NCBI GenBank assembly: GCA_004552445.1
Contig: SFOJ01000004.1
Location: 7,802 to 71,801, forward strand
Source: Mollicutes bacterium
GTDB lineage: Bacteria; Bacillota_I; Bacilli_A; RF39; UBA660
Direction: 5' to 3'
Length of the DNA stretch: 64,000 nucleotides
In this document: in pieces, positions 52,712-62,925 of the stretch
Layout of the letters: every line of letters begins with the position of its first letter
Position numbering within the stretch: the first letter of the stretch is position 1
Notes under the pieces: model-generated
The model's database searches: none
Told to the model about the DNA's origin: nothing
Seen by the model: the letters and a program-made list of their open reading frames with translations, nothing else
Program-made: the position numbers and the translations under genes

Positions 52712-53302
52712 ATGAAGCAAAAGATAAGTATACTTCTTATAATCGTAATTGCTATTATTGGAACTATAGTTATATATAAACATTTTTATAAACAGCAAAT
52801 TGATAATAAGAGTGTTACTAAATTTTCTGATGAATATACTTTAGTAGATAAAAATAATGTATTTGTTTACTCAAATATTGATGAAGTTGCTAATATGTTA
52901 GAAAATGGTACTGGAATAGTGTTTATGGCTTTTCCAGAATGTCCATGGTGTCAATATTATGCTAAATATTTGAATGAAGTTGCTCTTGAAAATAATATAA
53001 AAGAAATATATTATTTAAATATTAAACATGATAGACAAATAAATTCTAATAATTATTCTAAAATTACTAAATTGCTTGATAATTATTTATATTCTGACGA
53101 TGGTGGAAAAGTAAAAGTATTTGCCCCTAACCTTACCTTTATTAAAAATGGTAAAATAATTGCTAACGATAATGAAACAGCAATTATTGAAGGAAATATT
53201 AAAGTAGAAAAATATTGGAATCAAGAAAAAATAAATGAATTTAAAGTAAAGATAGCAAGTTATATTAAAGATTATGATACAACTTGTTCAACTTGTAATT
53301 AG
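52712..53302 (+). CDS. membrane-anchored thioredoxin-fold protein
   Basis: N-terminal TM; FPECPWCQ CxxC motif. Confidence 0.7.
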   Translation: MKQKISILLIIVIAIIGTIVIYKHFYKQQIDNKSVTKFSDEYTLVDKNNVFVYSNIDEVANMLENGTGIVFMAFPECPWCQYYAKYLNEVALENNIKEIYYLNIKHDRQINSNNYSKITKLLDNYLYSDDGGKVKVFAPNLTFIKNGKIIANDNETAIIEGNIKVEKYWNQEKINEFKVKIASYIKDYDTTCSTCN

Positions 53303-53314
53303 GAGGTATAAAAA

Positions 53315-53626
53315 ATGTTTTGGCAATATTTAATTATTATAGCTGTATTATTATTAATTTCATTAGTAATAATTAAAATGAGAAGAAATGATTTTCATGT
53401 AGAAATTAATAAATTAATTCAATATCTAGGTGGAAAAGAAAATATACTTGATGCTCAAATTAATTTGTCTAGGCTTAGAGTTACTTTAAAAGATACATCT
53501 ATAGTAAATAAAGAAGGTATTCAAAAGTTAGGAGCTAAAGGAATTGTAGAAATTGATAATCAATTAAAAATAATACTTGGTCCTAATTCAAAACAACTAA
53601 AAAAATATATGGCTGATTTAAAATAG
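53315..53626 (+). CDS. membrane-anchored PTS EIIB(Glc)-like domain lacking the phospho-cysteine
   Basis: LGGKENILDAQINLSRLRVTLKD matches GGxxNI...hCxTRLR, with Asn in place of Cys. Confidence 0.6.
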   Translation: MFWQYLIIIAVLLLISLVIIKMRRNDFHVEINKLIQYLGGKENILDAQINLSRLRVTLKDTSIVNKEGIQKLGAKGIVEIDNQLKIILGPNSKQLKKYMADLK

Positions 53627-53645
53627 TAATTATTCAATTACTATT

Positions 53646-54296
53646 TTATTTTCTTCTTAAAACTACTTGTGATTTTTTAGCTCTATCAATTCCCTTTCGA
53701 CATATTTCAGGATATATATCTGCTAAATCATATAATAATGGGGCAATTTCTTTTCTTTCTCTATCAGAAACATATTCAAAGTTACCTATAGTTATGTCAT
53801 AAAATAAGTTTTCAATATCTTCTCTTAACTTTTGATCAACTGTTTTACCTGTTAATCTTTTTACCATTTTAGATAATGTACTTTGATATTTTTCAAAACC
53901 TTTTACTATTTTTAATGGTTCTTCATAAGGAAAGCATCCATCAATATAAGGTATTAAGTTTACTCCACCCTTTGGTCTTTCTTCTAAACTATAAGGGCAT
54001 CCATCTTTGGTTAACATGGAACACTCTGACTTTAATGATAAGAGATCTACTATATTTCTTTTTTTATTTCTTGCTCTCAAGTATAAAAATGGAATTATAA
54101 ATTTATTTCCATTTTTACTTTTTTTTATGTTTAATGCTGCTACAATAGATATTTTACCTTCACTAAGTATTTCTTCTAATGCTTTCATACTTAAATCTTG
54201 AAAATTATCTGTGCTATAGTCACAGCCACATTTCTTACAACACTTTCCACCACATTCTCTACATATATTTTTGTTTTCAAATTTTGTATTTTCCAT
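53646..54296 (-). CDS. cysteine-cluster protein (YkgJ/CxxCxxCC-like N-terminus)
   Basis: CRECGGKCCKKCGCDY at residues 12-27. Confidence 0.5.
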   Translation of the reverse strand: MENTKFENKNICRECGGKCCKKCGCDYSTDNFQDLSMKALEEILSEGKISIVAALNIKKSKNGNKFIIPFLYLRARNKKRNIVDLLSLKSECSMLTKDGCPYSLEERPKGGVNLIPYIDGCFPYEEPLKIVKGFEKYQSTLSKMVKRLTGKTVDQKLREDIENLFYDITIGNFEYVSDRERKEIAPLLYDLADIYPEICRKGIDRAKKSQVVLRRK

Positions 54297-54341
54297 AATT
54301 CCTCATTTGAGGGTGTATTATACTACAATTAATTACAAATA

Positions 54342-54506
54342 TCAATAATATGGATAATAGCCATATTGATATGGATTTTGATAGTATACTGGTCTTGGTC
54401 TATATGGGTTAAATGCGCCTACTGCTACACCTCCAGTTAGTGCTCCTAAAAGAAAAGGTGCTGCAAAACCAAATCTATCTTTACCATACTTAAAATTTCC
54501 ATACAT
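54342..54506 (-). CDS. 54-aa membrane peptide with Pro/Tyr-rich tail
   Basis: Own translation MYGNFKYGKDRFGFAAPFLLGALTGGVAVGAFNPYRPRPVYYQNPYQYGYYPYY; AGAGGTGAAG SD. Confidence 0.5.
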   Translation of the reverse strand: MYGNFKYGKDRFGFAAPFLLGALTGGVAVGAFNPYRPRPVYYQNPYQYGYYPYY

Positions 54507-54544
54507 AATCTTCACCTCTATTTTATACTATGAAAAAAGCACAT

Positions 54545-55420
54545 TTAAGATTGTGCTTTTAAACGATATAAATTAAATGATGGTTTATTAAATATTCTAT
54601 ATGGATACTTATTTGTTCCAATACCACTTGATATATATATATCAGTTATTCCTTTACTATAATGTTCTTGGTAATACTTATATGCTCCATCATCTATAAA
54701 AATTCCTCCATAATAAGGAATAACAATACTGCCATTAAGTGAATGCCCTCCTAAAACTAAATCCACTTCGTATGTACTTTCATCTAAAAATCTAATTGTT
54801 TTGCCATCATGAACTAGAACTATTATAAATTTTCTTTTTTCATCTTCTTTATAGAAGTTAAAAGCATCTTCTAATTTTATTTCTTCTTTTAATGAACTTG
54901 GAAGTCCTATTATAAACATAGATTCATTATTTTTATAAAATATTTCATCGTAACTATTATTTAATATTTTAAATTTACTTTTTTCCATTATAGTTTTATA
55001 ACTTTCTATACTGTAATCTTCATCGCCATATATAGCATATTTTCCTACTTTTGCTGAAATACTTTCTAATTCTTCTTCTAAAAATTCTATATCCTCATTA
55101 TTTATTTTTGCATTTTTATTAATTAAATCACCTGTAAAAACTACTATATCTGGTTTTAGTTCATTTATTCTTTTTATTAAATTTTTAACATCTTCTTTAT
55201 CTACTGTTGACTTATATAATAAATCACTAAAATGAATTATTTTTAATCCACTAAAGTTATTTGTTAGTATTTCACTTTTTACTCTATATTCTTTCACTAT
55301 CAATCCTTTTATACCAGTATATTTGGCATAAAGAAATATTGTTACTACTATGACTACTAAAAGTAAAAAAATACTTAGTAGTTTTCCACCTTTCTTTTTT
55401 TCTTTTTCTTTCTTTTCCAT
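54545..55420 (-). CDS. membrane-anchored metallophosphoesterase (YkuE-like)
   Basis: HFSD, GDLIN, GGHSLNG motifs. Confidence 0.8.
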   Translation of the reverse strand: MEKKEKEKKKGGKLLSIFLLLVVIVVTIFLYAKYTGIKGLIVKEYRVKSEILTNNFSGLKIIHFSDLLYKSTVDKEDVKNLIKRINELKPDIVVFTGDLINKNAKINNEDIEFLEEELESISAKVGKYAIYGDEDYSIESYKTIMEKSKFKILNNSYDEIFYKNNESMFIIGLPSSLKEEIKLEDAFNFYKEDEKRKFIIVLVHDGKTIRFLDESTYEVDLVLGGHSLNGSIVIPYYGGIFIDDGAYKYYQEHYSKGITDIYISSGIGTNKYPYRIFNKPSFNLYRLKAQS

Positions 55421-55421
55421 A

Positions 55422-56123
55422 TTATAAAGCCCCTAATTTGAATGTTATAAGTAATAATGCTCCTGTCATAGTGTTATGTATCATATGCATCATTATGCTT
55501 GTAAATGTTGTCTTTGTTTCTCTATCCATTAGGGCAAATACAAATCCTAGTGAACCATATGGCAACAAATATAATAAATTAATTAATTTAAACTCTCCTG
55601 CGATTAAATGACATGCTCCAAATAATAATCCGCATCCAAATGCATAAATCCATTTATTTTTTAATAATGGATCCATACTTTTTCTAAACGTTAATTCTTC
55701 ACTTAGTGGTGCTATTATTGCTATACTAAACATAGTATAAATAGGAAATTTGAATAACATTTCTCTTACTATATTTTCATTTGCTGAAACATCTTTAATT
55801 ATAATTGCTATAAATAAATTAAATACTATCATTGATATTAATCCAGCAATATAATATTTAAATCCTGTTTTAAAATTAGATTTAAAATTATCTTTAAATA
55901 TTTTAAACTCTTTATCTATATCTTTTTTATACATTAAGTATAAAAGAAATATAAATAATGCATTTCCTAAAATTGTAGCTATTTGTGTGTTCTTGACTAC
56001 TTTATTAATTGTTAATGCAAACTCGCTTGGCATTATAAATGTACCTAAAAATGCTACTAAAAAGAATAACAGATTGATATACATTGGTCTTTCTTTTGAA
56101 TATTTAAATATCATTTTTATCAC
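55422..56123 (-). CDS. CPBP-family intramembrane glutamic endopeptidase
   Basis: SEELTFRKS (EExxxR), later H...HxxxN motifs. Confidence 0.8.
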   Translation of the reverse strand: MIKMIFKYSKERPMYINLLFFLVAFLGTFIMPSEFALTINKVVKNTQIATILGNALFIFLLYLMYKKDIDKEFKIFKDNFKSNFKTGFKYYIAGLISMIVFNLFIAIIIKDVSANENIVREMLFKFPIYTMFSIAIIAPLSEELTFRKSMDPLLKNKWIYAFGCGLLFGACHLIAGEFKLINLLYLLPYGSLGFVFALMDRETKTTFTSIMMHMIHNTMTGALLLITFKLGAL

Positions 56124-56211
56124 TACCTTCTATATAATAGTATATCATAAAAGAATATTATTTACTACTTAGTTATATATTTTCTTAAAATAATTTTAAA
56201 TAAAAAGTTAA

Positions 56212-57414
56212 CTATTTTGTTAAGTTAACTTTTATGTGTGTTTTCTTTCCTTTTCCGATAATTAAATTTTTTATTTCTTCCTTTTTAAATACTCTTAATT
56301 CATTAGTTTCTTTTTCATTATTTATACTAATACCATTTCCTTGTATTAGTCTTCTTGCTTCACTTTTTGATGGTGCAATATTTGATTTGACTAACAGGTC
56401 TAAAATATTTATTTCATTTTCTACATTAATTAGTACTTCTTCCATACCTTCTTCAGAATATCCTTTAGTAAATAATTCTTCGCTTGTTTTTCTTGCTTTA
56501 ATTGCTTCTTCTTCTCCATGTAAATCTTTTACTACTTCGAATGCTAATGCTTTTTGAGCAAGTCTCTTTTCAGGTTCATTTTTTACACTTTCTTCAAGTT
56601 TATCTATTTCTTCTTTACTTAAGAATGTAAATACCTTTAAGTATTCTACTACTTTAGAATCATCTGAATTAATTAAATATTGATAAATTTTGTATGGACT
56701 TGTTTTCTCTTTATCTAACCATAATGCGTTTCCTTCGCTTTTGCCAAACTTTTTACCTGTACTATCAAGGATTAATGGCATTGTAAATCCATATGCTTCT
56801 TTTCCTTCAATTTTACGAATTAATTCTATACCAGTAGTAATATTACCCCATTGATCTGATCCAGCCGCTTGAAGTGTACAATTTTTTTCTTTAAATAAAT
56901 GTAGGTAATCAAATCCTTGAAGTAATGTGTATGAAAACTCTGCATATGTGATACCAGTTTCAAGTCTTCTTGAAATGATATCTTTATTTAGCATATAATT
57001 GACATTTATGTATTTACCAATATCTCTTAAAAAATCTAGGAATGTTACATCTTTAGTCCAATCATAATTATTTACTACTTCTGCTTTACCATCTAGTAAT
57101 TTAGTTACTTGACGTTTTAACCCTTCTATATTTTTAGCAACTGTTTCTTTTGAAATTATTTCCCTTTCTGCAGTTGGTCTTGGATCTCCAATTAATCCTG
57201 TAGCTCCACCTACTAATATAATTGGATGATGTCCATGTTGTGCTAAACGTCTAGCTGTTACAAATGATGCATAGTGCCCGATATGTAGCGAATCTGCTGT
57301 TGGATCCGTTCCTAAGTAGAAAGTCATTTTCTCATTATTTAATTTATCTTTTAAATCGGGACTGCTTATATCTTTTACTACGCCTCTCCATTCTAATTCT
57401 TCAAAAAATGTCAT
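56212..57414 (-). CDS. tyrS: tyrosyl-tRNA synthetase
   Basis: DSLHIGHY, KFGKS, S4 C-domain; ATG 57414 follows AAGGAGG inside the end of dut. Confidence 0.95.
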   Translation of the reverse strand: MTFFEELEWRGVVKDISSPDLKDKLNNEKMTFYLGTDPTADSLHIGHYASFVTARRLAQHGHHPIILVGGATGLIGDPRPTAEREIISKETVAKNIEGLKRQVTKLLDGKAEVVNNYDWTKDVTFLDFLRDIGKYINVNYMLNKDIISRRLETGITYAEFSYTLLQGFDYLHLFKEKNCTLQAAGSDQWGNITTGIELIRKIEGKEAYGFTMPLILDSTGKKFGKSEGNALWLDKEKTSPYKIYQYLINSDDSKVVEYLKVFTFLSKEEIDKLEESVKNEPEKRLAQKALAFEVVKDLHGEEEAIKARKTSEELFTKGYSEEGMEEVLINVENEINILDLLVKSNIAPSKSEARRLIQGNGISINNEKETNELRVFKKEEIKNLIIGKGKKTHIKVNLTK

Positions 57415-57415
57415 A

Positions 57416-57901
57416 CTATTTTTCCTCCTTATTTGTGGAACCAAGACCACCAATTCTATCATTTTTTATTTCTTCTTCTTCATCAACAATTAAATATTTC
57501 ATAAATACGCCTTGAGCTATTCTATCTCCGATTTTAACTTCAAAATTTTTATTTCCGTGATTAATTAGTTTAACTCTAAAATGTCCTTCATTATCTGGAT
57601 TATTATAAAAATCACTATCTATAACACCTACACTATTTGAAAGTGTAACATTGTATTTATATCCCATACTACTTCTACTATATAGATATAATACTTCATC
57701 TTCATTCATTGATACCTTAAGATCTGTTGTGAACGCTTTAGATTCTCCTGGTTTTAAAGTATATTCTTCTAAACTTCTAATATCATATCCAGCACTTTTT
57801 TTAGTACTTCTTGTAGGCAATAAATAGCTTTCATATAGTTCTTTATCATCTTTAATATCTTTTTTAAATTGTTCAAAACTTATTTTTTCAAATTTTCTCA
57901 T
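57416..57901 (-). CDS. dut: dUTP diphosphatase (trimeric type)
   Basis: SAGYDIRS, GVIDSDFYN, GDRIAQ, RIGGLGST motifs. Confidence 0.85.
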   Translation of the reverse strand: MRKFEKISFEQFKKDIKDDKELYESYLLPTRSTKKSAGYDIRSLEEYTLKPGESKAFTTDLKVSMNEDEVLYLYSRSSMGYKYNVTLSNSVGVIDSDFYNNPDNEGHFRVKLINHGNKNFEVKIGDRIAQGVFMKYLIVDEEEEIKNDRIGGLGSTNKEEK

Positions 57902-58148
57902 ATTTTTTCCTCCAATAAAAAAGGTACCAATTAAAGGACGAATTTTTCCGTGGTACCACCTTATTTCATAGTTAAACTATCTTAAAGATTATAAAGCATC
58001 ACCTTTAAGCTCAAAAATATGTAACTTCTTTATTAAAGATTTATTAGTTTCCATCAACCACTAACTTTCTATAAATAATCTTTATAAATACTTTTATTTT
58101 GTCTTCACTTAATGAGTAAAGTATATATTATTTTTTTTGATTTGTCAA
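57902..58148 (-). promoter_or_regulatory. T-box leader (Tyr) with promoter
   Basis: TTGACA(58143-58148)-17-TATACT(58120-58125); AGAAAG, AGTGG, GATGGAAAC; UAC-A specifier at 58021-58023; T-box AAGGTGGTACCACGG. Confidence 0.85.
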
Positions 58149-58161
58149 TTATTAAATTTTT

Positions 58162-58189
58162 CAAAAGAAAAAACTAAATTTCTTTAGTT
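58162..58189 (-). terminator. intrinsic terminator after efp
   Basis: AACTAAA-gaaa-TTTAGTT, then TTTTTCTTTT on the minus strand. Confidence 0.65.
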
Positions 58190-58190
58190 C

Positions 58191-58748
58191 TTATCCTCTA
58201 CTAAAATATTTACCATCACGAGTGGTTATAACTATTTCTTCTCCTTCTGAAATGAATAATGGAGCTTTTAAAGTATAACCTGTTTCAATAGTAACATCTT
58301 TTTGTGCAGTACTTGTTGTATTTCCTTTAACTGCTTCTGGAGCACTGATAACTTTGTATGATACTTTTTCTGGAAGTGTAATACCTACTACTTCTCCTTC
58401 AATTACCATTGATTCAACGTTCATACCTTCTTTTAAGAATTTAGCTTCATTTTCTACTAATGCTGCTGGTATTTCAATTTGATCATAAGTATTATTATCC
58501 ATGAATACATAAGCATCTCCAGTAGAATATAAATATGAAAGTTGATTTTTTCTTACATCAGCTTTTTCCATTTTAATTCCTGCGTTGAATGTAATTTCTT
58601 GAGTAGTACCTGCTCTTAAATTCTTAAGTTTTGTTTTAACAAAAGCACTACCTTTACCAGGCTTTACATGTTGAAATTCAACAACTTGATAAATATTACC
58701 TTCATACTTAATAGTCATTCCGTTTTTAATATCATTTACATTAAACAT
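58191..58748 (-). CDS. efp: translation elongation factor P
   Basis: VEFQHVKPGKGSAFVKTKLKN, 185 aa. Confidence 0.95.
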   Translation of the reverse strand: MFNVNDIKNGMTIKYEGNIYQVVEFQHVKPGKGSAFVKTKLKNLRAGTTQEITFNAGIKMEKADVRKNQLSYLYSTGDAYVFMDNNTYDQIEIPAALVENEAKFLKEGMNVESMVIEGEVVGITLPEKVSYKVISAPEAVKGNTTSTAQKDVTIETGYTLKAPLFISEGEEIVITTRDGKYFSRG

Positions 58749-58754
58749 AATTTA

Positions 58755-58922
58755 CTACGCCTTCTTTTCTTTATGAGCAGTAGTCTTATTGCATCTTGAA
58801 CAGAACTTATTAATTTCTAATTTACCATCAGTATTCTTTTTATTTTTACTAGTTAAATAGTTGATTTCTTTACAAACAGTACATTGTAGTGCGATGCCTT
58901 CTCTATTTTCTTTCTTTGCCAT
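58755..58922 (-). CDS. rpmG: 50S ribosomal protein L33
   Basis: CTVCKEINY...[12 protein letters not shown]; AAAGGAGGAG SD before ATG 58922. Confidence 0.9.
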   Translation of the reverse strand: MAKKENREGIALQCTVCKEINYLTSKNKKNTDGKLEINKFCSRCNKTTAHKEKKA

Positions 58923-59063
58923 TTGGACTTCTCCTCCTTTTTTATACACTCAAGATTATAACAAATAAAAATGAAGTTGACAAGAGAAACTTGTGAATTA
59001 TTGAACTAAGACTTCAAAAATACTTGTTTTTATGTTAAAATATGCTCGTTAGTGAGGGAAAGT

Positions 59064-59804
59064 ATGAATAGAAAGTGTGTTTTAGTAACTGGTTCGAGTA
59101 TTGGACTAGGAGCATCAATAATTAAAAAATATGCAAGTAATGACTATGATGTTATTATTACATATAATAATCATAAAGAAGAAGCATTAAAATTAAAAGA
59201 TGAAATTATATCTAAATATAAAGTTAACGCTTTAGTAGTCAAGTGTGATATTAGTAATGAAAAAAATATAGAAAATCTAAAAAATGAAATATTAAATATT
59301 TTTGGTAAATTAGATGTACTTGTAAATAATGCTAGTATAGCAATGGATTCAATAATAGAAGACAAAACTAAAGATAATTTTATGAGGATTTTAGAAGTAA
59401 ATCTAGTTGGTACATTTTTGATATCTAGATGTTTTGGTGATATTATGAAAAATCAAGGATATGGAAATATTATTAATATTAGTAGTACTAATGCAATAGA
59501 TACATATTATGAATATAGTCTTGATTATGATTGTTCTAAAGCTGGAATAATAAATTTAAGTCATAATTTAGCTAATTATTATAGTCCTAATATTAGAGTT
59601 AATACTATATGTCCTGGATGGATAGATACACCTATGAACAAAGATATGGATAATGATTTTAGAAAAAGTGAAGAAAATAAAATATTACTTAAGAGATTTG
59701 CAAATCCAAATGAAATAGCTAATCTTGTATATTTTATATCTAGTGATGAAGCTAGTTATATAAATGACTCAGTAATAAGAATAGATGGTGGTATAAAATG
59801 TTAA
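59064..59804 (+). CDS. short-chain dehydrogenase/reductase (FabG-like)
   Basis: VTGSSIGLG, NNAS, YxxxK (YDCSKAG). Confidence 0.8.
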   Translation: MNRKCVLVTGSSIGLGASIIKKYASNDYDVIITYNNHKEEALKLKDEIISKYKVNALVVKCDISNEKNIENLKNEILNIFGKLDVLVNNASIAMDSIIEDKTKDNFMRILEVNLVGTFLISRCFGDIMKNQGYGNIINISSTNAIDTYYEYSLDYDCSKAGIINLSHNLANYYSPNIRVNTICPGWIDTPMNKDMDNDFRKSEENKILLKRFANPNEIANLVYFISSDEASYINDSVIRIDGGIKC

Positions 59805-61033
59805 AATTAAATGATAAATATATAAACTTAGTGAATGAAACTGAAAAAGAATTAAATGATATATTTAATTCTATAGATAAAAATACTTATTTAAATAGTA
59901 AAAAAGTACTTGATGCTTTTCATTGTGCAAATATTAGTGAAAGTGATTTATATGGTACTAGTGGATATGGATATAATGATACTGGAAGAGATAAGATTGA
60001 AAAAATATTTTCTTATGTTTTAGATAGTGAAGATGCTCTTGTTAGAACACAGATAATCTCTGGTACTCATGCTATAAGTACTGCATTATTTGCTATTTTA
60101 AGACCTGGAGATACACTTTTAGCTATTAGTGGTACTCCTTATGATACTTTGCATGAAGTTATTGGAATAAAACCTAATAATAGTTCTCTTATTAGTTATG
60201 GAATTTATTATAAAGAAATAGAGTTAATAGATAATGATTTTAATTATGAAAAGATTAAAGAAGAACTTAAAAATAATATAAAAGCTATACATATTCAAAG
60301 ATCTAGAGGATACTCTTTAAGAGAATCTATTACTATTGAAAAAATTGAGCAAGTTATTAAATTTATTAAAAGTATCAATAAAGAAATAATTATTTTTGTA
60401 GATAATTGTTATTGTGAGTTTGTAGAAACTACTACTCCTACTTCATTGGGAGCAGATTTAATAGCCGGAAGTTTAATTAAAAATTTAGGTGGTGGTATTG
60501 CACGTAATGGAGGTTATATAGCCGGAAGACATGATTTAATAGAATTATGTGCTCAAAGGCTTAATGTCCCTGGTGAAGGACGTGAAGTTGGACCTAGCGG
60601 AAATGCTAATCGTGAATTTTTACAAGGATTATACTTTGCTCCTAGTGTCGTATCTTCTGCATTAAAAACATCTATTCTTACAAGTAAAGTACTCGAAAAA
60701 TTAGGTTTTGAAGTACACCCTACTTACAATGAAAAACGAGCTGATATAGTACAATTAATTTACTTTAAAAATGAAGAAAATATAATTAAATATGCTGAAG
60801 GTATACAAGCATCTGGAGCAATTGATGCTGGTGTTTTGCCTATTGCATCAGATATGCCTGGATATGATGATAAAATAATTATGGCTAGTGCTTCTTTTGT
60901 ACAAGGAAGTTCTATAGAAATATCATGCGATGGTCCATTAAAAGAACCATATGTATTATTTCAACAAGGAAGCCTTACATATGATTATGGTAAAATTGCT
61001 TTAATCAATGCAATATCTAAATTAAATGAATAA
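59798..61033 (+). CDS. PLP-dependent YnbB / aluminium-resistance family protein
   Basis: GTSGYGYNDTGRDKIEKIF N-region, size. Confidence 0.6.
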   Translation: MLKLNDKYINLVNETEKELNDIFNSIDKNTYLNSKKVLDAFHCANISESDLYGTSGYGYNDTGRDKIEKIFSYVLDSEDALVRTQIISGTHAISTALFAILRPGDTLLAISGTPYDTLHEVIGIKPNNSSLISYGIYYKEIELIDNDFNYEKIKEELKNNIKAIHIQRSRGYSLRESITIEKIEQVIKFIKSINKEIIIFVDNCYCEFVETTTPTSLGADLIAGSLIKNLGGGIARNGGYIAGRHDLIELCAQRLNVPGEGREVGPSGNANREFLQGLYFAPSVVSSALKTSILTSKVLEKLGFEVHPTYNEKRADIVQLIYFKNEENIIKYAEGIQASGAIDAGVLPIASDMPGYDDKIIMASASFVQGSSIEISCDGPLKEPYVLFQQGSLTYDYGKIALINAISKLNE

Positions 61034-61076
61034 AATAACCTCTTACTAATAAACTATATTAGTAGGAGGTTTTTAT

Positions 61077-61331
61077 TTGAAAAAAGAACTATTAAAAGGG
61101 TATATAAATAGATTATCTAAACAAGATATTATAAATTACTTAAGTCATGAGTGTGTTACAGCATCAGATGAAGAAATAGATATGATTTATAATGCAATTA
61201 AAAACGATTATGAAGAAATCTTGAATACTAATTTCATTAGTTATATTTCTAACTATAAATTGAATTTCAACCCTGAACTATATAAAAAAATAATAGAAAA
61301 ATACAATGAATATAAAAAGTTTATTGAATAA
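61077..61331 (+). CDS. hypothetical small protein (TTG start)
   Basis: GGAGG SD 7 nt upstream. Confidence 0.5.
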   Translation: MKKELLKGYINRLSKQDIINYLSHECVTASDEEIDMIYNAIKNDYEEILNTNFISYISNYKLNFNPELYKKIIEKYNEYKKFIE

Positions 61332-61395
61332 TATCAATAAACTTTTATTCTATTATTATATTCTAAATGATAGTCTTACTATTTTTATATTTATA

Positions 61396-62280
61396 TTATT
61401 TGTTTATAAAATCAATAAATTCTTTTTTTCTTATACTTTCAATTTCCATTTTATATGGTGCATAAGCATCGCTTTGATTTCTATTAATATATGGTGTTTC
61501 TAAAATAAATGGTATTCCTTCTAATCTTTTATTATAAACTATGTTTAATAAATTATTAAATCCAATTGTTCCATAACCTATATTAGCATGTCTATCCTTA
61601 TGACTATTAAATTGATTCATACTATCATTTATATGAAAACATTTTATTTTATCTATTCCAATTTTTGAATCAAATTCATCTAAAAAATCATCAATCTTTG
61701 ATATATCAACTCCAGCATCGTTCATATGACATGAATCTAAACATACTCCTATTCTATCTTTATCATCAATTTTATCAATTATTGCTTTTAATTCATCTAT
61801 TGATGTACCAACTTCAGTACCTTTTCCTGACATAAATTCTAAAAGAATCATTGTATTTGTTGTACTTTTATATATTAAATTTATACCATGAGCAATGTTT
61901 TCTATTGCCTCTTCTTTAGAACATGTAGTCGCACTTCCAGGATGTAATACTATTTTATCTAATCCAAGCATTTTGCATCTATCTAATTCTTTTATAAAAA
62001 AATCTATATAAAAATCATATTTTGTTTTATCACTTCTATTAGCTAAATTAACTATATAAGGAGCATGAACTATAACATTTTTTGCATTTATATTATTTTC
62101 TAACATTAATTTATGTCCTTCATAAGTTAATTCATCATTTATATCACTTCTCATAGTACTTTGAGCTCCACCTGTGTAAATCATAAATGTATTTGCATTA
62201 TAGCTTATTGCTTCTTCTACACTACCTAAAAGCTGTTTTTTATTATTAAAACTAACATGACTTCCGATTATTAAATTCAT
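61396..62280 (-). CDS. nfo: endonuclease IV
   Basis: IGSHVS start, HAPYIVNL, HPGS, LDSCH, HINDS motifs; ATG 62280 after AAGGTG. Confidence 0.9.
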   Translation of the reverse strand: MNLIIGSHVSFNNKKQLLGSVEEAISYNANTFMIYTGGAQSTMRSDINDELTYEGHKLMLENNINAKNVIVHAPYIVNLANRSDKTKYDFYIDFFIKELDRCKMLGLDKIVLHPGSATTCSKEEAIENIAHGINLIYKSTTNTMILLEFMSGKGTEVGTSIDELKAIIDKIDDKDRIGVCLDSCHMNDAGVDISKIDDFLDEFDSKIGIDKIKCFHINDSMNQFNSHKDRHANIGYGTIGFNNLLNIVYNKRLEGIPFILETPYINRNQSDAYAPYKMEIESIRKKEFIDFINK

Positions 62281-62340
62281 ACTTATCACCTTAATAAATT
62301 ATATAATATTTTGACCATAAAAAAAAGACTTTAATAAGTC

Positions 62341-62811
62341 TTAATTTGAACTTTTAACAGCACCAGTAATTTTAGCACTATTATCAGTTGCATCTAATAC
62401 TAAAGTGAATTTATCAGAAGTTTCGTCTGCTTTATATGTATCTCCTAATTGTTCGATATTGATTTCAGCAGCTGTTGCTTCAACTTTATAAGTTCCATTA
62501 GTAGCTAATAACTTAGTACATTTTCCATTAGCATCGAATACAATGTAATATTGCATATTTTTATTACCAGTCATTTCAATAGTTTTAGAACCAGTAACGC
62601 CTGATAAACTAGTATAAGTTACTGCGTTTCCTGAATTTAATAAGAAATTTTGCTCTCCTGCTTTATAGTAATCTCTTACTTCAGTAATAAATGTATTTTT
62701 TCTAGCTTCATTGTACATAGATAATACGTTTGGAAGTGCAATAATTACTAAGATAGCTAAAATAGCAATAACTGCTAATAACTCTACTAATGTAAATCCT
62801 TTCTTCTTCAT
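62341..62811 (-). CDS. type IV pilin / pseudopilin
   Basis: MKKKGFTLVELLAVIAILAIL class III signal (G/F cleavage site, Glu at +5). Confidence 0.85.
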   Translation of the reverse strand: MKKKGFTLVELLAVIAILAILVIIALPNVLSMYNEARKNTFITEVRDYYKAGEQNFLLNSGNAVTYTSLSGVTGSKTIEMTGNKNMQYYIVFDANGKCTKLLATNGTYKVEATAAEINIEQLGDTYKADETSDKFTLVLDATDNSAKITGAVKSSN

Positions 62812-62925
62812 TTTACTAATCACAATCCTTTCTTTATTGAGATAGTTTCTCTATCTTTATGTTTTAATTATAGCATCAAATAAAAATATATGTCAACGAT
62901 ATATTACATAAATTATACACATTTA

